DNA from: Phoronis australis
Lineage: Eukaryota; Animalia; Phoronida
Direction of reading: 5' to 3'
DNA length: 64,000 nt
NCBI GenBank assembly: GCA_002633005.1
Contig: NMRA01000067.1
Span: 216,752 to 280,751 of the forward strand
In this document: piece after piece, positions 37,730 through 49,128 of the stretch
How positions within the stretch are numbered: position 1 is the stretch's first letter
Layout of the letters: each line of letters opens with the position of its first letter
The notes under the pieces: generated by a model
Told to the model about the DNA's origin: nothing
Databases searched by the model: none
The model's input: the letters and a program-made list of their open reading frames with translations, nothing else
Program-made: the position numbers and the translations under genes

Positions 37730-38755
37730 AGGAGAATGTCACCCGATTTAATTAGTCTTTTTTGCCGTCTTAATCGGTCTATATACACATCGCGTCGCAT
37801 ACGGTCGACCTTACATAGCCAAGAGGTGTCGCGTTAACCTGTGAGGAAGGTGAGAAACGACGCTAGCGACGTCAGTGGTTCATATGCAGAGGGAATGCCG
37901 CTATGTTGCGGTGCATCGTTCCCGCTTGTCCGAACTAAGCAGATGCGAGGAAAGTGGGTATATCGTTTTTTTACTTCCTCGAGAGTCCGAAATGCTTAGG
38001 AAGTGGCTCATGGTAGCGAAGAATGAAATGTACGCTGTAAATAGCAAGTATGAGGCCGTGAAACATCTCCGTGTCTGTAGCCTGCAGACGTCGACAGTGC
38101 CTGACGAACTCGAATGCCGGATTACCAAATAACACCATACGTTCCGTTGTCTGAGCTTGTTCACGGCGCCTCTCTAGTATTTCTTCATCACTGTATCCCT
38201 GTTCGAATTGACAACCTGCGAAGTCGGGACTGATGAGCTCTAGCTCGTCCTAAGTCGGGGTTGCGAGTTGCCATTACTGAGCGTTCTGTTTCAAAATGAA
38301 TTATTCTCACCCTAACCAATACTTATACAAAACTCAAACAAAGTCTGTATCTCACGGAAAATACTTCGAAATTATCTCCAAACGGATCCCAAACTCATGC
38401 TACGGACCTTATTGGCCTGCCGAACTTTGTAGGCTACGGTGTGTCCAAATACCAATAAATCCGTAAGAGCGAAATATAACAACACGTTTTTATAAGAAAT
38501 AGGTGTATTTTTAAGGGTTTTACATCGAAGTTTGACGATTTATTGTTGTTAAACGATGACTTCAAGCGATAAGTTGACACCAGTAACCCGTGTTGTGAAC
38601 TCCTGAACAGACTGCGTGTGAAACCGATGACGTCATTGGATAATTTCAACACCTCCGTCTGCCGTCAGGTAACGCAACCGTACGTGTCCTTATGGAGTAG
38701 AACTACTCGATCTAAATTGATACAAATTAGGTTGTTTTTTGGGTGGCATGCTCCT
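37730..38755 (-). mobile_element. Internally deleted inverted copy of the same Kolobok-like element, nested in the outer copy
   Basis: TTAA TSDs at 37726-37729 and 38756-38759; 37730-38330 is the reverse complement of 39570-40196; 38343-38755 is the reverse complement of the outer left arm. Confidence 0.85.
37903..38087 (+). pseudogene. Decayed THAP zinc-finger coding remnant (also on minus strand 40023-39835)
   Basis: MLRCIVPACPN*ADARKVGISFF / LPRESEMLRKWL...KHLRVCSL fits THAP C-x4-C...F-x-x-P...W...VCS; contains a stop and a frameshift. Confidence 0.65.
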
Positions 38756-41700
38756 TTAAAAATACACCGAGTTTTTATAAAAACGCGTTGTTTTATTTCG
38801 CTCTTACGGATTTATTGGTATGTGGACACATCGCAGCCTACTAAGTTCGGCAGGCCAATAAGGTCCGTAGCAGGAGTTTGGCCTGTTCGGAGATAATTTC
38901 GAAGTATTTTCCGTGAGATACAGACAGGAGAACCTAGATCTGTGTTGTTTAGACTTGTGATTTTTGGAGTTCTAAACACAGAACGCTTGTTATCCTGGCC
39001 AGTGGCTCGGAACCGGATCAGGGCCGTCGCGGCCGGCCGGATTGACTCGTTATCCCTGCCAGTGGCTCGGAAACTGATCAGACCTCACGAACATAAACCA
39101 GCTAAAGTTCAGTAGACTGAACTAAACTTCCAGTCAAGAAAATACTATACTAGTGAGCCAAAGTAATGTGCACGTGATTATGTTGGTGAATTAGCCAATG
39201 ACGAAACTGCAAATCTACTTACTCGTCGGGGGCCGCGAATTCAGGTTCCGCTTTGGCCACAGCACCGTCAGGGCAGAAGTTGTACATTGACAATCATTAT
39301 TTGAGTAATGTAGATGTAAATAAATATTCCCCTAACACCTAGCCATGGGATGGAAATCGAGTTGTTTCACAACAGTTTCTGCCAGCAAGCACTAATTAGC
39401 ATGAGCTCACACAGCCTCGGTGTCCCGTCAATTAGTTTTATTGCACCTAAAGCCGGTAACGCAGTGATTTATTCATTGCTGCATGGCTTTTCAAATCCTT
39501 TGCACTCACGAACACTCCAAAGGCATTGCAAATTGCATCTAATGAGACAGGCTTTGTTTCAGTTTTATATAAGTATTGGTTAGGGTGAGAATAATTCATT
39601 TTGAAACAGAACGCTCAGTAATAAACGGCAACATGGCAACTCGCAATCCCGACTTTGGACGAGCTAGAGATCATCAGTCTCAACTTCGCAAGTGGATCGT
39701 TAAATTTTACAGGCTATCAATTCAAACAGGAATACATTGATGAAGAAATACTAGAGAGGCGCCGTGAACAAGCTCAGACAATGGAACGTATGGAGTTATT
39801 TGGTAAGCCGGCATTCGTCAGGCACTGTCGACGTCTGCAGGCCACAGACACGGAGATGTTGCACGGCCTCATAATTGCTATTTACAGCGTACATTTCATT
39901 CCTCACTACCATGAGCCACTTCCTAAGCATTTCGGACTCTCGAGGAAGTAAAAAAAAAAACGATATACCCGCTTTCCTTGCAGCTGCTTAGTTCGGACAA
40001 GCGGTAACGATGCACCGCAACATAGCAGCATTCACTCTGCATATGAACCAATGACGTCGCTAGCGTCGTTTCTCACCTTCCTCACAGGTTAACGCGACAC
40101 CCCTTTGCAAGGTAAGGTCGACCGTATGCGAGGCGATGTGGATCTAGACCGTTTAAGACGGCAAAAAAGACTAATTTAATCGGGTGGCATTTTCCTTTAA
40201 TAGATTGTTTACTTCTATGAACGACTGTAACGGGAAAGGTGAATGTTACGGCAGGGTCAAATGTTCTGGAAAGAAATTTGTACTGCCTAGGGAAAGAATC
40301 CCGCAGCCGCACACCTTGCTTACTAATATCTGACAGTGACAGTTCTGCTTGAAGCTTTGAACACGGAGTCTTTAGCAATATTCCTGTCTCTTGCGGTTCA
40401 CTCTTAGGTGTAGCTATTTCCCCTCGGCGTTTCCCACTAGCTGCTATCCGTGCGAAAGCACGGGTAACGGCTAGTCTCACTTAAACATCAAAAGACTTAT
40501 TCACAACGACATCGGGGTCTAGTGAACCAATAGTCCTTTTGCGAGTTTATAGCAATTATAACGCTAGATTATGTGAGACTTAACTGTGACGTCACCGGAA
40601 TGGTGAAAAAGCTTGTCGTTTAGCCATTTGCCCGATACGGTAGCAGAGTATATTCTGTTGTTTACTTCGAGTTTTTAATCTTTTAGTGTGAAAAATGTCA
40701 AACAAGCATTACTGTTATGGCAAATAAAATTCAGATTCGCACTACAATACGTTCCATCACGTTCTGTGCTAATTTCGTCCCGTGTATTTTAAACGGGTGG
40801 TAGGCGAAATCCGCTCCCTGATTAAGTTTTCACCGCGCCAAAAATACATTCTACACCTAAAATTATCACCTCAGTACTAAGACGCTTACTTTCTTCAGTG
40901 ATCATTTCTGCTTCTAAACCTATCTTCGATAAAGCAGGTGACATTGGCGAAGAATTCCAACTCCGCTTTTTGGTTACTGTTAACTTTGATCGCGCGCGCG
41001 ATAACCACAAGGTATTTCAACCGAGTCAGGTGAGTATGAGACACACGCTAGCGCGAGACTGAGCGAAGCGCGTGACCTGGCGCGTAACACTTTCACAATA
41101 GCATGGGAAAATATCGAGTGAAATTTGTAAGATTTGTGTCCCTTGGACTTTTTGTTCGTCAACATGCGTGATTTCACTTAAATTCCTCAAAATGGTGCCC
41201 GCTGAGAGAAACTCGAGCGAACCGCGAGGTTTTCATGGATATGTTCAAGTTATCTGTAGACTAAATTGTATCCCAGAGTCAGGGTATGTGCTAATTATAA
41301 CTCCATGTGCACATGTGCATGTTTCAATTGACTTTATTTGCTGTATTTTGATTTGAGTAACTTTTTATGGGAATCTACCATCGCCCCTGTATGCCTGGAG
41401 CATTCAGGCCTAGACCGGCGGGTCGAGTTCCAATTCAGTCCATTCACAGCTTCGCACAACATAACAAGTTCACATTTTCTTCGTCCATTCTCAGTTATTC
41501 CACTCGACCATCCTAATTAAATCGTGTTAACGCTTTAAGCGTAAAATTCAACATAAGAACTAACAGTAAGATTTCGCGTATGTAGCAAAGACTCAGGGCA
41601 AAACAAGAACAATATGGCGGGTTTTGCCCTCCTTCCGGTGACGTCACATTGACTAACTGGAAACTCGCAAGTGAGCTATTAAAGAACAGGTCCCTGCGTG

Positions 41701-42925
41701 CAGTGTGAGACAGGTAGGCAATCAATGGAGATTCGTCGTGCCTATGGCGGCATCCTAACAGAATGCGTGCACCAGAAAACTAATCTATCTATAGCAGCTC
41801 CGTGACAATTACGGGATTATGTCGGGGCGTAAGAGGCTGTGTTAAACATCTTACGAAAGGACTGCACACGCGCAACATGACAAAGAAGTAAGGAGCGAAT
41901 CTTTTCTCACGTGGGTCAGAAAAATCCTAATAGGCTTACCACGCGATGGACTCACGTTCTAACTACGACAGCAAAAGCAGCAGCAACAGTAACAGCGATT
42001 TTGATGACGTAGCTGGTGCACTATTTATTTAGAAGTGCCGCTCCGTTCTCTTTTGATGTGCGACTTGGGTGTGGTGTGCACGTCTAAGTTCTCACACTTG
42101 AACCCCGCGATATAGTTAGTGAATAATCAGGACATCTTACGTGAAAAGTAAAATAATGTTTTTATACCACAGAGTTTATCGTAGTCAGATTTCGAACAAA
42201 ACGTAGCTGTTGTACGGAGTTTTACTTGGGTTCAAATACTTCGATACTTGGTTCGCCGTGAGTGAATGATAGCGCCCTATCACATACCTATGCCGCTGTT
42301 CATTGTGTTGGAGTCGAGGGGTGCTTTACCCGACACCACTGTTTCAGTTAGTAATCGCGTCATTAATTGAAATTTATGGTTAAACTAGGAATTTTTCTAA
42401 TTGGTGTCGTTCCTTGAGCAATGAGGTACTTAGTTTTTCACTGTCCCAACCGGCAATCAACTGTTCAAGCTATGGTTAGTGCAACAATGGGCTGTTTTCA
42501 TAAAATAATGCCAATACACAAGTGGACTGTGACAGGTCAAGAAAATGAGAGGGGTTTCCGATGGGGGCACATGCCATGGGGGCGGAGGGCATTTAATGTA
42601 TAATAATTAATTAGTGGTTGTGTGGAATAAAACGAAACAAAGATGTGTTGCACAAAAGTACGACTAGTGGGGTATTTAACATGTCTAGGCTCACTTTACC
42701 CCACCTTTAAGCAGGTACAACGGCTTTGCTAACACTCACTCTGCTGGTTATAGTTAATAACCTGGTGAATATGTGCAAGTCTTTTGTTATTTCATGTCAA
42801 CCGCAATTGTTACAAAGCTACTGTGGGCTGTGCGAGATAAAATTTAAGGTATCGCCTCGTTGTTTCCCCCGATCATATTTATTTACTCCTAGTTTTAACT
42901 TGCAGCTTAAATAGCTTCAGCTGAC

Positions 42926-43227
42926 ATGGAGCCTTACTCTCTCACAGTAGCTGTTCTCTTAGTTGCGTGTTTCCAAGATGTGTTCGGTGTCTTGAGCACG
43001 CAACAGCTTCAGGACATTGATGGAGTTGTTTCGCAGCTGATGAGGTGTCGTGATGTGCCTGGAATGGGGGTGGCTGTTGTAGTGAACGGCCAGACTGTCG
43101 TTCAGAAGGGTTACGGTTTCGCTGATGTCGAAAATAATGTCCCGTTCACGGAGAAGACCCTATTTTCAATCGCGTCTGTCTCCAAGCAGATGTCGGCGAC
43201 ATTACTCGCCTTGCTCAGCGAGAAAGG
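42926..43227 (+). CDS. Beta-lactamase-like hydrolase copy B, exon 1
   Basis: MEPYSLTVAVLLVACFQDVFG...TLFSIASVSK; GG|gtaagt donor. Confidence 0.92.
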
Positions 43228-44053
43228 GTAAGTACTTCATAAATTTAGAGTTTCCGGTTCATAAACGCACCCAAAGCAGATTCGCGTGTGGGCAAGTCTT
43301 ATGTAAAAAGTGCAAAGGTACATCTATTGGCACAGGTCGTGGGGGATGTGGGTGAAGGGGTTTCGTGGGTGGAGGGGGTCATAGCCGGGGTGTGGGGGTG
43401 CAGGCCGTTTTCAAGAACGATCCATTTCAAGGTTAGCGAACCGATCGAGTTGCCCAATCTCGACCGATGAGAGCTGTCAACGTAGGTTTTTTTCAGTCAT
43501 GGTAATAACTACCTCTGGATGAACCAAAGTACACGTTAACACGACGAAATTAGTAAAATTTCTAATTGAGAGCACCCCAAACCCCGTGGGATCCCCGTCG
43601 TGCCATGTTCGGCCCGGGTTGCCCCTTAAGAATCTGCCTCTCCGGATTACCTGGATTACACAGCGATAGAACATCTCCTTTGTCCCGAAGGTCAAAAACT
43701 GAGCGTATTACTTTTATTTACCTAGTTTTGGCCGTCAGGCACATTTTTACAAGCCATGTCGGAAACAGTCGAGATTTATGTCCGTGGATGATATTCCCGA
43801 TACCAACGGTTTAAAAGTGCCAAATTAAAGGTATTTGCAAGAAAGGGGATTCTGTTCACTTTAAAGTTAAACCGACGAACTTGCTTAATCCACCGTGACT
43901 TGCTCCGCATTTTCTTGTCTTTGATTTATATCGGGAAGGCGACTAACATGACTCACCCAACACTCGACAACAAGAACGAACAACGCCGAGGCGACAAAAG
44001 GGCTTTGGCGGATATTGCGGCATTGTGGGAAAGACGAGATTCAACTGTCGCTG

Positions 44054-45218
44054 CTCGCTGGTTCCCTGCGTGCCGCAAGGTGGTAGTAAGCAGACAGGTA
44101 TCACTTATCTCTCTGGTTCCCAGCGTGCCGCTAGGTGGTCAATAACCAGCTCGCAGGTAGCACTAATTTCGCTCGGGAAATTTTTTTACAGCGACGTTTC
44201 TGATTGGCTAGTTGAATTCTCAACAGGCAGCGCTTTACGCAAACAAACTGGCATGACTGATGGACTGAAGTGTAAACGTGGTCTGCTGTACAGAAAAATC
44301 GTTGCTTAAAATTCATGTTCAATGAGGAAATGTGAATCCTAGAAATTGTAGTTGCGCCTTTTCGGAGTGCATCTTTCTACTGTCTATGACTTTTGTTTAC
44401 GATAGTGTCCTGTATTCATACAGTATGAATAACACATCGGTTAAATTGGCCAGATATGTGTTTATTGTACATGTATGTGCTTCAAGCACGCGGCTATTAA
44501 ACATTACTGCAGGAACGAAATAGTTTCTGCGACGCCACTTGCATGACAAGGCTAAAAATCGTTCACAGTCCGCCATTTTTTCACGGTGTTGGAAAGCTAA
44601 CCAATGACTGCTGAGGTTACATCGACCGGCTAAAGCACGTGCCACTGCGTGATACCTGCGTGTTGGCCATACACGTAGGGAACCAGCGAGTCACTTAATT
44701 TTCCTCGGGGAAATTTTTTTACACCGGCGTTTCTGATTGGCTGGTCGAATGCTCAACAGGCAGCACTTTGCGCAAACAAACTGGCATGACTGATGGAGGA
44801 AGTGTAAATGTGGTCTGTTCTCACTGACAAATCGGTGCTTAAAATTCATGTTCAAGAAATGTGAATCCCATAAATTGTGGTTGCGCCTTTTCGGAGTGCA
44901 TCTGTCTATTATCGTTGACTTTTGTTGACGTTGCTGTCCTGAATTCGCATAGGAATGGCACACTAGTTAAACCGGCCAGGTGATTGCGTGTTTATTGTTC
45001 ATGTGTGTGCTTCAAGCACGCGGCTATTGAACATTACTGCAGAAACGAAATAGTTGCTGCTACGACACTTGACAAGGCTAAAAATCGTTTGTTAGTCCGC
45101 CATTTTCTCACTTTGTTGTAAAGCTAGCCAATGACTGCCGAGGTTACATCAACCAATGATAAAGCGCGTGCTACTGCGTGATACCTGCGTGCTGACTCGG
45201 CACGCAGGGAACCACCGC
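44054..45218. mobile_element. Mutator-like MITE (outer copy), same family as 32997
   Basis: Starts ctcgctggttccctgcgtgcc and ends cacgcagggaaccaccg (right end slightly damaged); lies in intron 1 of copy B. Confidence 0.8.
44109..44690. mobile_element. Mutator-like MITE (inner copy) nested in its own family
   Basis: ctctctggttccc...gggaaccagcgag flanked by tcacttat (44101-44108) and tcacttaat (44691-44699). Confidence 0.8.
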
Positions 45219-45617
45219 TGTGTAGTCCGGAACGGCGCTTGGTTCTACCTTATAATACTCCTTTTTCATAAACAACGAATTTGTTGGTTTTTGATTTGCC
45301 TGTTTATGTATCTACGAAAATCGATTGATTCATGAATAATTTTTGACAGTTAGATTATTTTCTCAGAATTGATTATGCTTCAGTGAACACTGTTGAAGAT
45401 TGAAGTTGGGAAAATCTCTGTCGTGCATTACCTGAATAGCGAAGTACATAAGGGGATTTTTGTCTATATGAAATAACTCTAAATGATATTACAGACAATT
45501 GGGTAATTGCTAACGAACTTGCCAGAAACGTACCAAGGTTGGTAGACTAATGTCTGCTTGGATCAACGAAATAAGAGCTTTTCAAACCCTAATGTTTCAT
45601 GCTAAAACCTTCTTCAG

Positions 45618-45785
45618 AATATCATGGAAAAAAACGATCAAAGAAATACTGCCAGACTTCGAACTGAATTCCGACTTCTTGACGAATATAACTACAATAA
45701 GGGACGTCATGGCGCATAGGACTGGAATTGTGTCGAACGACCTCACTTGGCTACTTGGTGAACTTGACCGAGACGACTTATACAG
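45618..45785 (+). CDS. Beta-lactamase-like hydrolase copy B, exon 2
   Basis: cttcttcag|A; ISWKKTIKEILPDF...TIRDVMAHRTGI; AG|gcaggt GC donor; 168 nt as in copy A. Confidence 0.85.
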
Positions 45786-47167
45786 GCAGGTTTATGAGTT
45801 ATGTACTTTTTACACGAGAACACGTATCGTTAATTCCTACTGGTTAATTTTGTTCATGTTCATTTTCATTTTTCTTATTTCAGGTTTTTGCTTTTTTAGC
45901 GGATGTAGACTTTTGTGTTTGAAACTATCGATCGCGGAGAAGTTGAAACAGTCTTTAATAAGCTTGCTTTTACAAATTATTTACCACCTTTTTACCAAAT
46001 ATTTTGCCCTATCAATTTCGGATTGAAAGGGTGGCCATGGCGTCCCCCTAAAATCCTCCTTTGGGGGCTGCGAATGTATGATGGGCAAAATCCTGGCTTA
46101 TACTTTACCCTGGCTTCCTCTAACTCAAAATCCTAGATCCGCCCCTTCTTATTATCATATAATTCACTGTTTATTTTGTTTCAACTGACCTCCACTTTCC
46201 ACGACGATTTTTACTGCCATCAACACTGAAACGTCGCGCAAAATCCAATACAGAGGATCGGTACAAACAGCAGTCGTGTAATTCTACAAGGTCTTCACCA
46301 AAAAGTGCTTTATTTCAGCTGAAAAAGAAAATGTATTTTAAGCAGTCCACAGTACGGAGTAATACACAAATGTCCACTGAAAATAATATGCTCACTATTG
46401 TTTGCTTTCCGTTTGGAGAGACAGGTTTGCTCTTAAATTTTAAAAATTCGTTCATGTGGGTCCATGTGTATTTTGACAGGTTTGCTGTTTTTTATTCAGC
46501 ATCGACCTTTAAGGTCACATGCAGTGCAATCCAAAATTGCAAATTTCAAACTAGAATAAAACACATTTAGCCGTGGCGAATCTTTCAAATGTTTCCGTTC
46601 TCTTCTATCACAGTCTATTGGTCTATGGCTTTATCACGACTTACAGGAACGCTATCTCGTCGTACTGAAAGCAAAACCAAACAAAGGATTCTACACCATT
46701 AGAAGACTAGTGGTGACACTTTTTAACTACTTCTTCATCTTATTGTAATAGTATTGACATTTTTTGTGTAGGTAATCCTATGAAAATGTAAAATTAATAC
46801 AATTTAACTAAATCGAATGATTGTGTGAGCGTAAAAGACTAAGAAAGTGCTTCCCTTTATCCTTTCCTCTACCCCCACTTTTGAAATAATCTCATGTTAA
46901 TTGTACGTCCAATCACTGTAAATTATTTTGATATTCTTATTTCTGCATGGTGAACGGATATTTTTGTTGTACGGAAATGTAGCTGTGGCCACCCAACCCC
47001 AGCCATATCTACTAACTATTCAAAAATATGATTTCTGGGTAAATAAATGTATTTAACTGAATAAAATATGAACCAGAACAACAGTTTTCAAAGGTGTTGT
47101 TGCACGGGGCTTTCATGTTTCTTTTGTCTAAAGTCACTTTATACGAAAAAATCTCATAATATTCCAG

Positions 47168-47440
47168 GCGTCTTAAATTTAGCAGTGCTAAATATGAAGC
47201 AGATTTTCGTGATGTTCTTCGGTACAACAACGTCGTCTTCTCGATTGCTGCGAAGTTGAGTGAAAAACTGGGAGGGAAAACTTGGGAAACGCTCATGGAA
47301 GAACGAATATTCAAACCTCTCGGTATGACGGCGTCCACATTCTACGACAAGCAGGCTCCCGACTGGACAAACTTTGCCAAAGCCTATGTGAAATATAGCA
47401 AAAGTGCCAACTGGACGTTGAGAGACTCTCGAGTTATCAG
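47168..47440 (+). CDS. Beta-lactamase-like hydrolase copy B, exon 3
   Basis: attccag|G; LRYNNVVF...ERIFKPLGMTASTF; AG|gtgtgg donor. Confidence 0.9.
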
Positions 47441-48411
47441 GTGTGGTTGAATTTTACTATATTATACATGGTCCGATCTAAGATTTGTCTATCTCACAAT
47501 GAATGGTTTTATTAGATCTGCTTGGCAACTTGCGAAATTGAAACTAGCTAGAATTAAACGTTACTGTACACGGAGTACAGCCGGTTAGCAATCAATCGGA
47601 GAGTTTCGGAAACAAAGGTGTGCTGAACGGGACGACTTGTTAGAGTTAATAAATCTTAAATAATATCAATATGAGAGGAATTCTGAGTTTGATTTATGGT
47701 ATGATTGTCACATGTTAGTGAGCAAACTGCTTTGTTCACGTTAACTGACAATTTTTATAACAACAAAGCAGTATCAGCACGATGATTAGAAGCATTTACC
47801 AAAAAGGTCCCTTTTCCTTGAAAACATTGATTTCCAAGAATTCTTGTGAAGATTTATTTAGATGCACAATATGGGGGTGATTTGGAACTCACATGCCAAT
47901 CTTTGTGTTCAAATTTTGTAAAAAATAGCCTTCTAAATGTAAAGAGGCTTGAATCGTACAAATTGTTAGCGTTCTAGTCAATTGTGTTGTTTAGAAGACT
48001 GCCAGGCTCAACGCACATGTACCAAGCTGTGACATCTGACTCAGATATGGACACTGGGACTCGTCTCAATGTAATTTGATTTGCTTGTGGCACTTGTCTC
48101 GTTGCATATCCCGAATTCTTGGCAAGTGGTGTTAAGGACGAAATGTTCGAAGAATTTTATGAATAACCTTATCAACTACGTTGCTGAAATGTAGAACCGT
48201 GCTCTTTTTGGTGAACCTAAAAACTACAAATTGCACACCAAGCACAACTACATATCCATACGGACAGTTCAATGAATCGGCCTGTTTCCTGTATCGTAAC
48301 CTTTTACTAGGAAAATACTGCGAATATAAGCAAGGGCAAGCGTGTGAAACCTAATTTCTTTGATTATCGAATGAAACAATTGAGTTCTGCCTTTTTCCGG
48401 CAGAATTTAAT

Positions 48412-49128
48412 TTTTTTATTTTTATGCGCCCACATTATTTATGTGCCGTCACCTGTCTGGGCATCAGTTGTCTGGGTGTCCGACGTCCGTCGATGTATCT
48501 CCTAAACCCCTGCAGTATCTTTAAGAGAGTTTACAGGAGCGTTCAGCTATAAAGTTTTACCTTAATCCTTTGCAGGACCTATGTGAAACGTTGCAAGTGT
48601 TGTCCTATAAATATGCTGCCCGCGACACTGACTCGGGCTGTGGCGTTCGCCTTTGTATCTTGAGAGTTATCCTTCGGTTTTTCATGAAATTTAGCAAACA
48701 TGTTTCTGTTATGAAAATGACAATACCAGTTTGGAACTCGAAGTACTCTGCGCAACCATTATTTTCGGGTGATCCAGTGTGTACGCTCCGAATCATTATG
48801 GAAATTGTCAGATATGTTCCTACCGACAAGAGCACGACTGACATGCATTTTCAAATGGGTCCATCTACTGTGGTGCTCCTTAATGACATTTTTTATATCT
48901 GCGGCTGATTCTTCTTTAACTCCACCTTGCAAGGATTTTTGGAAATTTAGCAAGCGTATTCATAGTACCTTAACAACAGACGGATGAATCGGACTACCAC
49001 TTCTCCTCCTGGTGATGTTTGTTTACATTCGCTTGTGTTGGAGTTCCTTGACGGGTTTTCATGAAATCTAGCAAGTGCAACGGTCGACGTTAAAAGCCAG
49101 GTCTTATTTGACGATCTGTCAAAAATCT
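48412..49128 (+). mobile_element. HINE/Helentron-like element, approximate ends
   Basis: T-run + tttatgcgccc start, gtcy-like tract, repeated ttcatgaaatttagcaa blocks, terminal hairpin tttgac-gatct-gtcaaa. Confidence 0.5.

Larger units (their letters stand above)
37493..40196 (+). mobile_element. Kolobok-like non-autonomous DNA transposon (outer copy)
   Basis: TTAA|AGGAGCATGCCACCC ... GGGTGGCATTTTCCT|TTAA; the flanks rejoin as taacg-ttaa-tagattg, matching the uninterrupted relative at about 31985. Confidence 0.85.

Noticed and set aside
38229-38255. CTGATGAG as a hammerhead core
   Set aside because: No GAAA after the putative stem II.
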